Shown here one piece after another: positions 9,949-20,156 of a DNA stretch of 64,000 nucleotides (positions are counted from its first letter, which is position 1; every line of letters starts with the position of its first letter). The position numbers were made by a program, and so were the translations under genes. The stretch comes from Candidatus Omnitrophota bacterium (lineage in GTDB: Bacteria > Omnitrophota > Gorgyraeia > Gygaellales > JBFMHM01): the NCBI GenBank assembly GCA_040753015.1, contig JBFMHM010000004.1, positions 10,853 through 74,852 of the forward strand, in the 5' to 3' direction. The notes beneath the pieces were generated by a model. That model saw only the letters and a list, made by a program, of their open reading frames with translations. It searched no databases and was not told the DNA's origin.

Positions 9949-10049
9949 AATATTGCTTAATTTTTTTCCTGATCATAATTTATCGCGCGAATCGGATAAA
10001 GGCAGCAATGTCTCTAAATTTTTCTGCATCTATTCCTCCTGTAGAAATA

Positions 10050-11177
10050 TTAACTTAAGCTCTTGCGGAATTTAAGAGCGCTGAAACTAATAACTAATAA
10101 CCCCATAATTAATAATGGCAACAGTTGTTCCCAAAGAATCTCAATACCCACTCCCTTCAAAAATATACTCCTGATAATTACCATAAAATAACGCAAAGGA
10201 TTAAAAAATGTTGCATATTGAATAACCTGTGGCATATTAGCTATAGGATAAGCAAATCCGGATAAAAGAACCGTTGGCATATAAAAAAGGAAGACTGACA
10301 TTAATGCTTCTTGCTGAGTCGCAGATATTGTAGAAATAAATAAGCCGATACCCAGAGTAGTAATTAAATATACACAACTAGAAAATAATAATAAAATAAC
10401 ATTGCCTCTTAGAGGTATATGAAACCAAGCAACACCAAGCGCTGTAATAAGCGTAATTTGAATAAGAGCGATTATAGCAAAAGGAAACAGTTTACCAATA
10501 ATAAGCTCAATAGGCTTTATAGGGCTTACAATTAATTGCTCCATGGTGCCGATTTCTTTTTCTTTCACTATTGCCATAGAGCTAAGCATTAGCGACATTA
10601 CTGTTACAATTGTTGCAACAACCCCCGGTAAATAATAGTCTCTCGAAACAAGATTTCCATTAAACCAAGCACGATCTCTTAAGTCTACCCTTGGTACGCT
10701 TAGCTTATCCTGCTGGGCATCTATTTGATTCTGCATATATTGATTATTGTAATTGCCCACAATTGTATTTGCATAACCCATAACAATCATTGCTGTATTT
10801 GAATCTGTGCCATCATAAACAAGTTGCAAAGCGGCATCCTTGCGTGCTTTAATATTACGGCCAAAACCTCTGTCAATATGGATAACTATACTAGCCAGGC
10901 CTTTATCGAGAATCCAATTTTGATCACGATCGCTATCAATATAATGTTCTGGTACAAAATATTTAGAATAAGTAAAACGGCGCAACAACTCACGGCTCTC
11001 AACTGTATTGTCGCGATCGAAAATTGCAGTAGGAACAATATTAATATCTTTATTTGCAGCATAGCCAAAAAGAATTATTTGGATTAATGGAGAAATGAAA
11101 ATAACTGTCTTCATCCGCGGATCACGAAAAACTTGTTTAAATTCTTTTGTAAGTATCGCTATTATTCTCTCAAACAT
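10050..11177 (-). CDS. ABC-2 type transporter permease (YbhR/YbhS-like)
   Basis: 375 aa. An N-terminal TM helix, a large extracytoplasmic loop and a C-terminal cluster of 5 TM helices, which is the typical ABC-2 efflux permease topology. Confidence 0.75.
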   Translation of the reverse strand: MFERIIAILTKEFKQVFRDPRMKTVIFISPLIQIILFGYAANKDINIVPTAIFDRDNTVESRELLRRFTYSKYFVPEHYIDSDRDQNWILDKGLASIVIHIDRGFGRNIKARKDAALQLVYDGTDSNTAMIVMGYANTIVGNYNNQYMQNQIDAQQDKLSVPRVDLRDRAWFNGNLVSRDYYLPGVVATIVTVMSLMLSSMAIVKEKEIGTMEQLIVSPIKPIELIIGKLFPFAIIALIQITLITALGVAWFHIPLRGNVILLLFSSCVYLITTLGIGLFISTISATQQEALMSVFLFYMPTVLLSGFAYPIANMPQVIQYATFFNPLRYFMVIIRSIFLKGVGIEILWEQLLPLLIMGLLVISFSALKFRKSLS

Positions 11178-11178
11178 A

Positions 11179-12312
11179 TCAAATTACCTTTTTTTTGAAC
11201 TTCTTGATTGCAATACCAAACATAATAAGTGCAAACAATAATAAAAATAGGCCCTCATCCCACATAACCAATATACCGCTGCCTTTTAAAAATAGATTCC
11301 TTAGTATAACAATATAATACCTAGCAGGTATAAAGTAAGTAACCAATTGCAGTATTTTCGGCATATTAAAAATTGGATAAATGAATCCAGATAAAAGTAC
11401 GGCAGGCAAAAGAGTGCTCAAACTTGCAAGCTGCGATGCCATTAATTGTGTTCTTGCTACTACAGAAATTAATATGCCTTGCGACAGCGCACCGGTCAAG
11501 AAAAGAGCACTTAAAGATATTAACACCAAATAATTCCCCCGAAAAGGAACATGAAATATGAACTGCCCCATTAAAACTCCAATCGCAAGATCGAAAAAAC
11601 CGATTACAAAATAAGGTATAAATTTTCCAATAATAAGTTCGGGTGCCTTAACAGGGGTAGAGATAAGCTGTTCCATCGTGCCTCTTTCCCATTCACGAGC
11701 GATACAAATTGATGTAAGTAGTGCCGCGATAATCATAATAATAATCCCAATAACTCCGGGAACAATAAACCATGTACTTGTAAGCCCCGAATTATACCAA
11801 ATTCTCGGACGAGAATCTACTGATACAGGCGGAATCAAACCCTTATTTTGAAAAGCAGTAGTTAAAAGATTTGCATTATAATTAGCAACAACTGTCTGCA
11901 CATAACCCCTTGCAATTGTTGCTGTGTTGGCATCACTTCCGTCTATTATTAATTGTACTTGGGCTTGTCTTCCAGACCTTATATAATGAGAAAAATCCTT
12001 AGGTATAACTAAAGCCATTAATACTTTTCCATTATTGATCATATGTTCAATATCCCTATAATTATCAGTGTAATGAATTATTTTAAAATATTTAGAGTTT
12101 TTAAAATTAAGCAAGAAATCACGGCTAAACTGCGAACCATCCTGGTTCCAAACAACGGTGCGGACATGATCAATATCTAAAGAAAGGCCGTAACCAAATA
12201 TAAATAATAGAAAAATCGGAATTGCTAATCCTAGGCCTAAAGAACGCGGGTCACGTTTAATCTGAATAAATTCTTTTTTACTTACAGCCATAACTCTTTT
12301 AAAATTCATCAT
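11179..12312 (-). CDS. ABC-2 type transporter permease (YbhS/YbhR-like)
   Basis: 377 aa; a paralog of the adjacent permease with the same topology. Confidence 0.75.
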   Translation of the reverse strand: MMNFKRVMAVSKKEFIQIKRDPRSLGLGLAIPIFLLFIFGYGLSLDIDHVRTVVWNQDGSQFSRDFLLNFKNSKYFKIIHYTDNYRDIEHMINNGKVLMALVIPKDFSHYIRSGRQAQVQLIIDGSDANTATIARGYVQTVVANYNANLLTTAFQNKGLIPPVSVDSRPRIWYNSGLTSTWFIVPGVIGIIIMIIAALLTSICIAREWERGTMEQLISTPVKAPELIIGKFIPYFVIGFFDLAIGVLMGQFIFHVPFRGNYLVLISLSALFLTGALSQGILISVVARTQLMASQLASLSTLLPAVLLSGFIYPIFNMPKILQLVTYFIPARYYIVILRNLFLKGSGILVMWDEGLFLLLFALIMFGIAIKKFKKKVI

Positions 12313-13256
12313 TTAACCGGGTGCTCCCTATCATAGGTCTCTATAGCGGAAACAAAAACATCTTCAAGAGAAGGCACAATCTTATTTATAGAATATTTAG
12401 ATATCCCTGCTTGTATAAAAACATCTTTTACCGCTTGAATAACAAGTGTCGTTTCATACGCCACAACATGCAAATTTATCCCAAAAAGAGCGGCTTCTTT
12501 TACCTGAGGGATTTTTTTAATTTTGTCCAACCAGTCTTCGGGATTATCCACTATAATTTCAAGCACATCTTGTTTCATCTGTTCTGTTTTCATTTGTAAA
12601 GGCGTGCCCATAGCAATAATATTACCTTTATAAATTAATACCATACGATCACAATTTTCTGCTTCGTCCATGTAATGAGTAGTAACAAAAACGGTTACTC
12701 CCTTGCCTGACAACTCTTTAATAATACTCCAGAAATTCGAACGAGTTATCGGGTCAACGCCTGATGTTGGCTCATCAAGAAATATAATCTTTGGTTGATG
12801 TAAAAGCGCGCATCCTAAAGCTAAACGCTGTTTCCATCCGCCTGAAATAGTGCGAGTAAGACGATTACGAAAACTACTAATGTCGGCAACACGAATCACT
12901 TCCTCTGTGCGCTCTCTACGTAATTCTCGAGGTATCTTGTATATACCGCTATAAAAGGAAATGTTTTCTTCTACAGTAAGATCATCATAAAGAGAAAATT
13001 TTTGCGACATATAACCAATATGCTCTTTTATACTATGTTGTTCTTTTACAATATCGTATCCGCCTACACACCCAGATCCAGACGTAGGCCGGATAATTCC
13101 ACATAACATTCTTATTGTAGTAGACTTACCTGCACCATTAGGCCCAAGAAACCCATAAATTTCACCTTGCTTAACTTCAAAATTAATTTTATTTACTGCG
13201 GTAAAATCGCCGAATTTTTTTTCTAAATTTTGCACGCTAACAGCAATATTGTCCAT
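12309..13256 (-). CDS. ABC transporter ATP-binding protein
   Basis: Walker A GPNGAGKST, signature LSGGWKQRL and Walker B IIFLDEPTSG. Confidence 0.85.
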   Translation of the reverse strand: MDNIAVSVQNLEKKFGDFTAVNKINFEVKQGEIYGFLGPNGAGKSTTIRMLCGIIRPTSGSGCVGGYDIVKEQHSIKEHIGYMSQKFSLYDDLTVEENISFYSGIYKIPRELRRERTEEVIRVADISSFRNRLTRTISGGWKQRLALGCALLHQPKIIFLDEPTSGVDPITRSNFWSIIKELSGKGVTVFVTTHYMDEAENCDRMVLIYKGNIIAMGTPLQMKTEQMKQDVLEIIVDNPEDWLDKIKKIPQVKEAALFGINLHVVAYETTLVIQAVKDVFIQAGISKYSINKIVPSLEDVFVSAIETYDREHPVK

Positions 13257-13296
13257 ATTTTATGTTTCGGGAAACAGGTATACCTGTCCCCTACAA

Positions 13297-14031
13297 TTAT
13301 AATTTTGATTCGTATTCTTTAATTATTGTAACAAAAGCCTCTTCGAGGCTTTTTGCGTTACATTCTTTTTTTATCTTATCAGGAGAATCGCAGCGTAAAA
13401 GTTTACCTCTATGTATCAAACCAACTCTACGGCAACGTTCAGCTTCATCCAAATAACATGTAGAATAAAGTATTGTTACCTTTTCCTTTAATAAATCATA
13501 TAGTATATTCCAAAAATCTCTGCGAGATACTGGATCGACACCATTAGTTGGTTCATCTAAAAAAAGCACGCGGGGCGTATGCACTAAAGCACAAGCAAGG
13601 CCGAGTTTTTGCTTCATCCCTCCTGAAAGCTTACCTGCAAATCTTTGCTTGAATGGCAGTAACCCGGAAAAACCAAGTAAGCGATCAATTGTTGCCTCTC
13701 TGCCTTTTTTTGGCACACCAAATAAATCAGCATAAAAATCCAGATTCTCTAGAACAGTCAGCTCTTCATATAAACCAAAACGTTGTGACATATAGGCAAT
13801 ATTATCCTTAAGTATTTCTGATTCTTTAATAATATGCCTGTTGTATACCCAGCCCTCTCCGCTGGTTGGGTTAAGAATACCGGTCAAAAGACGCATAGTC
13901 GTAGTTTTACCAGCGCCATCAGGACCAACTAAACCAAAAATTTCGCCTTCATTAATTTCAAGGTTAAGATTATCAACGGCTGCATGATCGTTAAATTTCT
14001 TTGTGAGGTTAACTGCCTTGATTGTTATCAT
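13297..14031 (-). CDS. ABC transporter ATP-binding protein
   Basis: Walker A GPDGAGKTT, signature LSGGMKQKL and Walker B LFLDEPTNG. Confidence 0.85.
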   Translation of the reverse strand: MITIKAVNLTKKFNDHAAVDNLNLEINEGEIFGLVGPDGAGKTTTMRLLTGILNPTSGEGWVYNRHIIKESEILKDNIAYMSQRFGLYEELTVLENLDFYADLFGVPKKGREATIDRLLGFSGLLPFKQRFAGKLSGGMKQKLGLACALVHTPRVLFLDEPTNGVDPVSRRDFWNILYDLLKEKVTILYSTCYLDEAERCRRVGLIHRGKLLRCDSPDKIKKECNAKSLEEAFVTIIKEYESKL

Positions 14032-14869
14032 CTTTGCAAATTATATATGCATCTGCGGGCATTCCCGGCTTTAATTCAAGAGTTGAATTATCAACCCTAA
14101 CCTTTATCCTGTATACATATTTTACCCTCTCTTCGGTTGTCTGAATATACTTAGGGGTGAATTCTGTTTGATCCGATATAAAAGAAACCCATCCTTCGTA
14201 TTTTTTCCCGGGGTAAGTATCTGTTTCTACATACGCTTTCTGGCCTAGTTTAACTTTTGCTAAATCAATCTCATTTATGTAAGCCGTAACCCAAATATTA
14301 TTTAAATCAATAGCTGTAAAAACTGGTGCGCCAATTTGCACAACTTCACCAGGTAGAGCGCTTTTTACTAAGATAAAACCATTTAACGGCGAAGCAAGTT
14401 CTGCAAAACCCAATCTTGTTTCTGCAAGCTCTAAAGAAGCCCTGTTTTTTTCAACATCTGCCTTTAGGGCATCGAATTTAGTTTTAGCAGAATCTCTTTG
14501 CTGCGTAGAAATTGCTCCGGCAATAAGCAGATTTTCTGCTCGTTCGTAATCAATTTTGGCAAGTTCATATTGGTAAATAGATGCATTGAGTTCAGACTTA
14601 GCGTTATCCCTTATTTTTGTTAATTCGTCTGTATTTAACCTTGCAACCGTATCTCCTAATTTTATTACCTCGCCCTCATCAGTCAAAAGTTCTATAATCT
14701 GGCCCTGCACACGAAAAGACATACGTACATCATCTCCCTCAATATTCCCGGATACTTTTATTTTTTTATTATTTTTAACCATTTCTTTATGAATAAACGC
14801 AAATATGAAATAAGACAATAAAGTCGCAAACCCTATTATTAATATTAATTTAATTCTTTTTTTCATCAT
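14009..14869 (-). CDS. HlyD-family membrane fusion (periplasmic adaptor) protein
   Basis: N-terminal TM anchor, a coiled-coil and beta-barrel/lipoyl-like segments. It lies between the TolC-like gene and the ABC genes, resembling ybhG. Confidence 0.75.
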   Translation of the reverse strand: MMKKRIKLILIIGFATLLSYFIFAFIHKEMVKNNKKIKVSGNIEGDDVRMSFRVQGQIIELLTDEGEVIKLGDTVARLNTDELTKIRDNAKSELNASIYQYELAKIDYERAENLLIAGAISTQQRDSAKTKFDALKADVEKNRASLELAETRLGFAELASPLNGFILVKSALPGEVVQIGAPVFTAIDLNNIWVTAYINEIDLAKVKLGQKAYVETDTYPGKKYEGWVSFISDQTEFTPKYIQTTEERVKYVYRIKVRVDNSTLELKPGMPADAYIICKDDNNQGS

Positions 14870-16262
14870 GACTTTTCTCCCTGTCTGCCGTCAGGCAGGC
14901 TTTTAATGTTTCTTTGCCCCTTGTTTTATCAAGAAATGCTTTTGCCATAAGATAATCATAAATTCCTTCAACATAATTTTTATCAACTACGCTCAATGAT
15001 ACCTGCGCATCCAAAACATCTAAATTTGTACCTACTCCGCAATCATAACTAACGTTTGCTATCTTTAAAGCTTCCCTGGCTTCATCAATACTATCTCTTT
15101 CATATTCGATTATTGTATTAGCCTCGTTTAGATCTAAACAAGCACGTCTAATATCAACAACTAATTGATCAATTAAATTCTCTTTTTCTATTATCGTTTG
15201 CGCATATCTGGCTTTTGCCTCTTCAACTTTTGCCTTTGTTGAAAAAGCATCAAATATAGGAATAGTTACAGCTACCCCCCCGCTCCAATTACTATGCCGC
15301 GAATTAAACATATTATTCCAATTGTTCGACCTATAATTATAATTTAAACTCGCATCTATCTGAGGAAGGCCACTAGCTCTGGCTATTTTTATATCTAATT
15401 TACTTATATCTATCCCTAGTATCTTTAAAATCATTTGAGGATTATTAATATATGCTTCACTCAAAAATACTTTTTCTTTAATTTCAATAACATCCTGCTC
15501 CAGCTTATCTTTCAAAATTATTTTAGAAAACATATTAATACCTATTAATTTTTTTAATTCTTCTGTGATTAAATCTACGGAATTTACTGCCTTAACAAGC
15601 TCTGGCATCACTTTAGATACCTGAACTTTTGATTGAAGAACATCAAATTTAGAAGACGTGCCTTGCTCAAACCTACGCTTGACATCCTCGTAATGCATCT
15701 TTGCCTGATCAACTAAATTTCTTGATATGCGCTCTGTTTCATAAGCCAGAAGTAAACCATAATAAAGACGCTTCACTTCAAATTCTATTAAAAGCTTTTT
15801 AAAACGCAGGGTTTCTTCTTGAGCAGTTAACTCAACTTTTGAACGCTTTAAATTTGCAATGTTTGCTCCGCCTGTATATACTTCATCGGTCAATGAAAGC
15901 CCTAATTGATTATCATTTCTATAGCCGGTGAAAATCCCTGGATCTTTCTTACCTGTTGTTGTTGATGATCCGAGCACGGCATTATTATGCGTGAAGGAAG
16001 CGCCAAGATTGAGTTTGGGTAAAAGCCTGCTTCTTGCCTTAATTATACTAGCTTTAGCAAACTCAATTTGCTGCTCCTGAATTCGTATATCATCATTATT
16101 CTTATAGGCAAACTCGATAGCATCATCAAGCGAAATATAAAAAACATTCTCCTTGCCTATTTCCTGAGAAAAACAATAAGAACTTATGAATGAAATTAGA
16201 ATTATTAAGACTAATATCTTATATTTTTTCTTATCTGGCAACCATCGCTCCTTTTTATGCAA
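14850..16262 (-). CDS. TolC-family outer membrane efflux protein
   Basis: 470 aa with a signal peptide, two-repeat architecture and coiled-coil segments typical of OEP/TolC; first structural gene of the efflux operon. Confidence 0.75.
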   Translation of the reverse strand: MHKKERWLPDKKKYKILVLIILISFISSYCFSQEIGKENVFYISLDDAIEFAYKNNDDIRIQEQQIEFAKASIIKARSRLLPKLNLGASFTHNNAVLGSSTTTGKKDPGIFTGYRNDNQLGLSLTDEVYTGGANIANLKRSKVELTAQEETLRFKKLLIEFEVKRLYYGLLLAYETERISRNLVDQAKMHYEDVKRRFEQGTSSKFDVLQSKVQVSKVMPELVKAVNSVDLITEELKKLIGINMFSKIILKDKLEQDVIEIKEKVFLSEAYINNPQMILKILGIDISKLDIKIARASGLPQIDASLNYNYRSNNWNNMFNSRHSNWSGGVAVTIPIFDAFSTKAKVEEAKARYAQTIIEKENLIDQLVVDIRRACLDLNEANTIIEYERDSIDEAREALKIANVSYDCGVGTNLDVLDAQVSLSVVDKNYVEGIYDYLMAKAFLDKTRGKETLKACLTADREKSHDEKKN

Positions 16263-16524
16263 TTTTACACAGGCTAAAAGTTTTAAAAACCATTGCTTTC
16301 AACTCATTATATACAGGGTATTTCATATTTGCCTTAAAAAATCTGGCATTTGCCTTATATTCACTCAAAAGAATACCCTGTTTTTCTAAATTATATAATG
16401 TGCGTTGGAAAACACCCGGCTTTTTTTTCAAAATCCTGCCAATCTCATGCATATAATAAGCATGATTTGGATTATCAAAAAAAAGCTTTAGAAGCCGAAT
16501 CTTATTCTTTGCCAAATCTCTCAT
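16255..16524 (-). CDS. Small winged-helix DNA-binding protein; putative regulator of the efflux operon
   Basis: 89 aa with a predicted HTH (YMHEIGRILKKKPGVFQRTLYNLEKQGIL). It lies immediately upstream of, and overlaps, the tolC-like gene and sits downstream of a repeat-rich AT region. Confidence 0.5.
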   Translation of the reverse strand: MRDLAKNKIRLLKLFFDNPNHAYYMHEIGRILKKKPGVFQRTLYNLEKQGILLSEYKANARFFKANMKYPVYNELKAMVFKTFSLCKIA

Positions 16525-16705
16525 AATATTTATATATATTCATTGTGCATACAATTATATGCATCTAACATATTAGAGTCAAGATATATTTAATATATGC
16601 ATTATGCATACATTAATATGTCTATTGCATATATAGAACTGTATTTATATATGTATTTAGCATATATTTATATGTATTTAGCATACAAAATTTAAAAAAA
16701 ATATA
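16525..16705. promoter_or_regulatory. AT-rich promoter/operator region with repeated TGCATA/TATGCA motifs and a tandem direct repeat
   Basis: At least six TGCATA/TATGCA copies are present, including the palindrome TGCATACAATTATATGCA. The direct repeat TATATGTATTTAGCATA occurs twice (16647-16663 and 16669-16685). The region sits upstream of the regulator and efflux operon. Confidence 0.5.
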
Positions 16706-17062
16706 TTATCTCTTATAAATATCTAGAATATCTCCCGTGTCTTTATCAATAAAAACCCATATATCGCGATGCGGCGGCTTAAACTGGAAAAAAACTATCT
16801 TATAATTTTCTAAAAATCCCTTTTTTATAATTCCAAAAATGGCAATATTGTCTAAAACGATTATTTTATTAATTTTACTTTCCCAAAGCTTATTCTCTTC
16901 ATCGTAAGTTACCTCCACCCCTTCAAGAGACAAACCATCCAAGAGAAGCCTATCACTTGCGATTTTTATTGCTTCGTCTTTTGTTATTTCTTTGGCATAA
17001 GATTGTAAAGCCAAAGAGGGAATTATAACCATAGCGATAATAAATAATATTTTTTTATACAT
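16706..17062 (-). CDS. PepSY-like small secreted protein
   Basis: Signal peptide; C-terminal VFIDKDTGDILDIYK matches the PepSY D.TG.IL pattern. Confidence 0.5.
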   Translation of the reverse strand: MYKKILFIIAMVIIPSLALQSYAKEITKDEAIKIASDRLLLDGLSLEGVEVTYDEENKLWESKINKIIVLDNIAIFGIIKKGFLENYKIVFFQFKPPHRDIWVFIDKDTGDILDIYKR

Positions 17063-17119
17063 ATTGTTCCTTTAATAAATTATTATAAGAAAAATAAGTA
17101 AAATTACAAGATAAATTGA

Positions 17120-17971
17120 TCAATATTTATGCACGAATTTTGCGCTTAATATGGAAAGTATAAAACATATACTAGCAACTAAAACAATTGTAGCACCAGA
17201 TGCAGCAAGCCAATAATATGATAGAATCAAACCTGTAACACCTGAAAAAATACTTATAATTACCGCCCATAATGTATACATATGAATATTCTTGGCAAAA
17301 TTACGGCTTGATGCAGCAGGTAAAACTAATAATGAATTAACTATTAAAATGCCAACCAAACGTATCGACATCATAACAACAACTGCAAGGACTATAGAAA
17401 AACTTAATTCTACGAAAGATGTATTAATCAATCGGCTGCGCGCTAAAGATGTATTAATGCTTGTAAGTATTAACGCATTTGAAACTATATACCAATAAAT
17501 TACTACAAAAATAAATATGCCGGCAAGCCAGATTAAATCATTCTGGCTCACCGCTAAAACATCACCAATTAGATAATTCGTGTATTTAACAAATCCTCCC
17601 TGCCTGCTCAAGATAACAATCCCTAGCGATACAATAAATGCAAAAAATACGCCTAAAACTGTATCCATCGAACTTTTTATTATATTTTTGACCATATTAA
17701 TCGCGGCCGCTAAAATTATCGCAAGAACAACCATTGGTAAAGTAGGTTCATAAAAACCTAGAATTACGCCGATAGCAATACCAGTCAAAGCTGAATGTCC
17801 TAGAACTTCAGTAAAAAAAACCATACGGTTGCTTACTACCATAGTACCCAATAACGCAAATAAAGGAGTTATCAATAAAACCGCTAGAAGCGAATTATTC
17901 ATAAATGTATATTTTGTCCAGCTGAACGGAATCATATGCATCAGGCTATGCCAAGCATCAATGACTGCCAT
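17120..17971 (-). CDS. znuB: Metal (Zn/Mn) ABC transporter permease
   Basis: 283-aa polytopic membrane protein of the TroC/ZnuB type, in an operon with znuC and znuA. Confidence 0.8.
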   Translation of the reverse strand: MAVIDAWHSLMHMIPFSWTKYTFMNNSLLAVLLITPLFALLGTMVVSNRMVFFTEVLGHSALTGIAIGVILGFYEPTLPMVVLAIILAAAINMVKNIIKSSMDTVLGVFFAFIVSLGIVILSRQGGFVKYTNYLIGDVLAVSQNDLIWLAGIFIFVVIYWYIVSNALILTSINTSLARSRLINTSFVELSFSIVLAVVVMMSIRLVGILIVNSLLVLPAASSRNFAKNIHMYTLWAVIISIFSGVTGLILSYYWLAASGATIVLVASICFILSILSAKFVHKY

Positions 17972-18662
17972 TATCTTCGCCCTCTTTTTGTATTAATACG
18001 GTTTCATTAATCACAGAATGATTAAGAAGAATAATTCTGTCAGCACAAGAAGAAATACCTGCCAAATCGTGCGTAACCAAAATCACAGCAATATCATATT
18101 TTTTTTTCAATTCATTTACTATACTATAAAAAGCAGATAAACCTTCCGCATCAACCGCACTAACTGCTTCATCTAACAGTAATATATCAGGCTTAGGAGT
18201 CATTGCAATCGCAAGCAAAACCCGCTGCAATTCCCCTCCAGAAAGCTCTCCAATTTTTCTATTTAACAAATGTTCGGTTGAAAATAATGATAATACATCT
18301 TTTATTTTTACCAATAGTTCTTTAGTAATGCCTGTCCAAACGGGATACCTGCTAGTTGCTGATGCAGTAAAATCAGCTACGCTAATAGGCGAATTAAAAT
18401 CAAATTGTAATTTTTGTGGTACGTATCCTATTCTTGGCTTTTTAGATTCTTTACTGTTTATACGAAACGATATAGTACCTTTGTACGGTATTTCTCCCAA
18501 AATGGTGCGTAATAACGTGGTTTTTCCAGCGCCATTCGGGCCAACAACTGCAACAACCTCTCTACAATTAACATGTAAATTAACATTATCAAGGATAATA
18601 TTATTATTAAATTTAACGGTTAAATTCTTAATCTGCGTACAGCAATGCTCGCAAGTATTCAT
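17958..18662 (-). CDS. znuC: Metal ABC transporter ATP-binding protein
   Basis: Walker A GPNGAGKTT, signature LSGGELQRV and Walker B LLLDEA; 234 aa. Confidence 0.8.
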   Translation of the reverse strand: MNTCEHCCTQIKNLTVKFNNNIILDNVNLHVNCREVVAVVGPNGAGKTTLLRTILGEIPYKGTISFRINSKESKKPRIGYVPQKLQFDFNSPISVADFTASATSRYPVWTGITKELLVKIKDVLSLFSTEHLLNRKIGELSGGELQRVLLAIAMTPKPDILLLDEAVSAVDAEGLSAFYSIVNELKKKYDIAVILVTHDLAGISSCADRIILLNHSVINETVLIQKEGEDNGSH

Positions 18663-19510
18663 TCTTCTAGCGCCTTTTTAAGAACACTCAAATTATTTTC
18701 CATTATATTTATATAGGCGTCATAATCATCCGGGCCGGTCACTGCAGGATCAAGCACATATACCTTAATATGCGTTTCTCTAGAAATCACATTAACTGCA
18801 GAAGATGGATATTGAGGCTCACTAAACAAAACATTAACGCCGCTTTTTTTAATAAGTTCGATTGTGTCTTTAAGTTCTCTTGCACTAGGGGTACTTCCTG
18901 GTTCTCTCTCTACTACAGCTACAATATTAAAACCAAATTCTTTAGCAAAATAGGGGAACGCTTCGTGAAAAGTAACAATCGGCCTGCCTTTATAAGGAGC
19001 CAGCTCTTGGATCATTTTTTTACGTAATATTTCTAATTTTTCTATATATTCAAAAGTATTTTTTTGATATAACTTGGCATGATCTGGATCGAATTCTTCA
19101 AGGGCCATGCCTAAATTTTTAACTTCAATAATTGCATCAGATATACTTACCCATACATGGGGATTATCATTAATTAACTCGATACCCTTAGATAATTGTA
19201 CGATTTTTAAATGCGGATATTGTATTAAAATTTTATCTAAAAATGCTTCCATACCTGCACCATTTGCTATAAAAATATCTGCTTGGGAAAGCACCTTCAT
19301 ATCCCTTACTGTTAATCCGTAATCATGCAGACATCCTATATAAGCAGAGGTAAGATTTTCTAGAGAAATTCCGGGAATATCTCTAGTAACATTTTTAGCC
19401 ATAATATACATAGGATAAAATGATGTTACTATCTTAATTTCTTTTGCTTGGCTTGGCTGCGTAAAAAACAATATACTTAATAAAACTAGAACGATCTTCT
19501 TTTTAATCAT
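18659..19510 (-). CDS. znuA: Metal ABC transporter substrate-binding protein (TroA/ZnuA family)
   Basis: Signal peptide. Cluster-9 SBP pattern with FYPMY, TFHEAFPYFAKEFG and VLFSEPQ. Confidence 0.8.
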   Translation of the reverse strand: MIKKKIVLVLLSILFFTQPSQAKEIKIVTSFYPMYIMAKNVTRDIPGISLENLTSAYIGCLHDYGLTVRDMKVLSQADIFIANGAGMEAFLDKILIQYPHLKIVQLSKGIELINDNPHVWVSISDAIIEVKNLGMALEEFDPDHAKLYQKNTFEYIEKLEILRKKMIQELAPYKGRPIVTFHEAFPYFAKEFGFNIVAVVEREPGSTPSARELKDTIELIKKSGVNVLFSEPQYPSSAVNVISRETHIKVYVLDPAVTGPDDYDAYINIMENNLSVLKKALEE

Positions 19511-19522
19511 AATTTAACTCGT

Positions 19523-20011
19523 CTAATCTCCTATTGAAAGTGTATCAAACATTATCTTATCTTCTTTGGTAAAATCATCTGCAAAAAGTGATACCGATAC
19601 TGTATCCATATCATCAGCAATATCTAAAAACACACACTCTGCTACAATATTCTGCCCCTCATTCATATCTTTTACTTCATCAATATTCTTAAAATATAAT
19701 AAAAGTGTATAAGTATTACTTTGGCTTGTCTTTTGCGGTTTAGTGATTAATTTATAATACATTTGCCCTTTATCGGTTCTCTCATCAAATTTCTTCCATT
19801 CCACAACATTCTCTACCTGGCCTTTTGCATCCATAGTTTCGTATCTGTATTGTTCTTTTAATGTTTTTTGCTGAATATCGGTAGATGCCTTAAATCTATC
19901 AACTAGATCGGGTATTTCTATCTTCTGGCAATAAGCTATTGAAATTGTCGTAAGTAAAAATAACACAGCAACAACTTTAACTTTAAATTTCACAACTCCC
20001 CCCTTTTTCAT
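19523..20011 (-). CDS. Hypothetical secreted protein
   Basis: 162-aa ORF with an N-terminal signal peptide, 12 nt upstream of znuA on the same strand. Confidence 0.45.
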   Translation of the reverse strand: MKKGGVVKFKVKVVAVLFLLTTISIAYCQKIEIPDLVDRFKASTDIQQKTLKEQYRYETMDAKGQVENVVEWKKFDERTDKGQMYYKLITKPQKTSQSNTYTLLLYFKNIDEVKDMNEGQNIVAECVFLDIADDMDTVSVSLFADDFTKEDKIMFDTLSIGD

Positions 20012-20156
20012 TTATCTTCTTCATCATCCCGATTATCATAAAAACATTCAACAAGCTCGCTACAAGGCCTAAAAAAACAAAAATAATTATAATAGACCAA
20101 TGATTCATTTGTTTCAGAAACAATCTAGCAATAGTCAGAAAATTTATTTTATTTAT

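Noticed and set aside
16525-16705. CRISPR array
   Set aside because: The repeats are short (6-17 nt), AT-rich and irregularly spaced, with no 28-37-bp repeat/spacer periodicity. No cas genes occur in the window.
20012-20156. 41-codon hydrophobic minus-strand small ORF starting at 20093
   Set aside because: It overlaps the start region of the 162-aa ORF in another frame, has no RBS, and its AT-rich codons are indistinguishable from noise.
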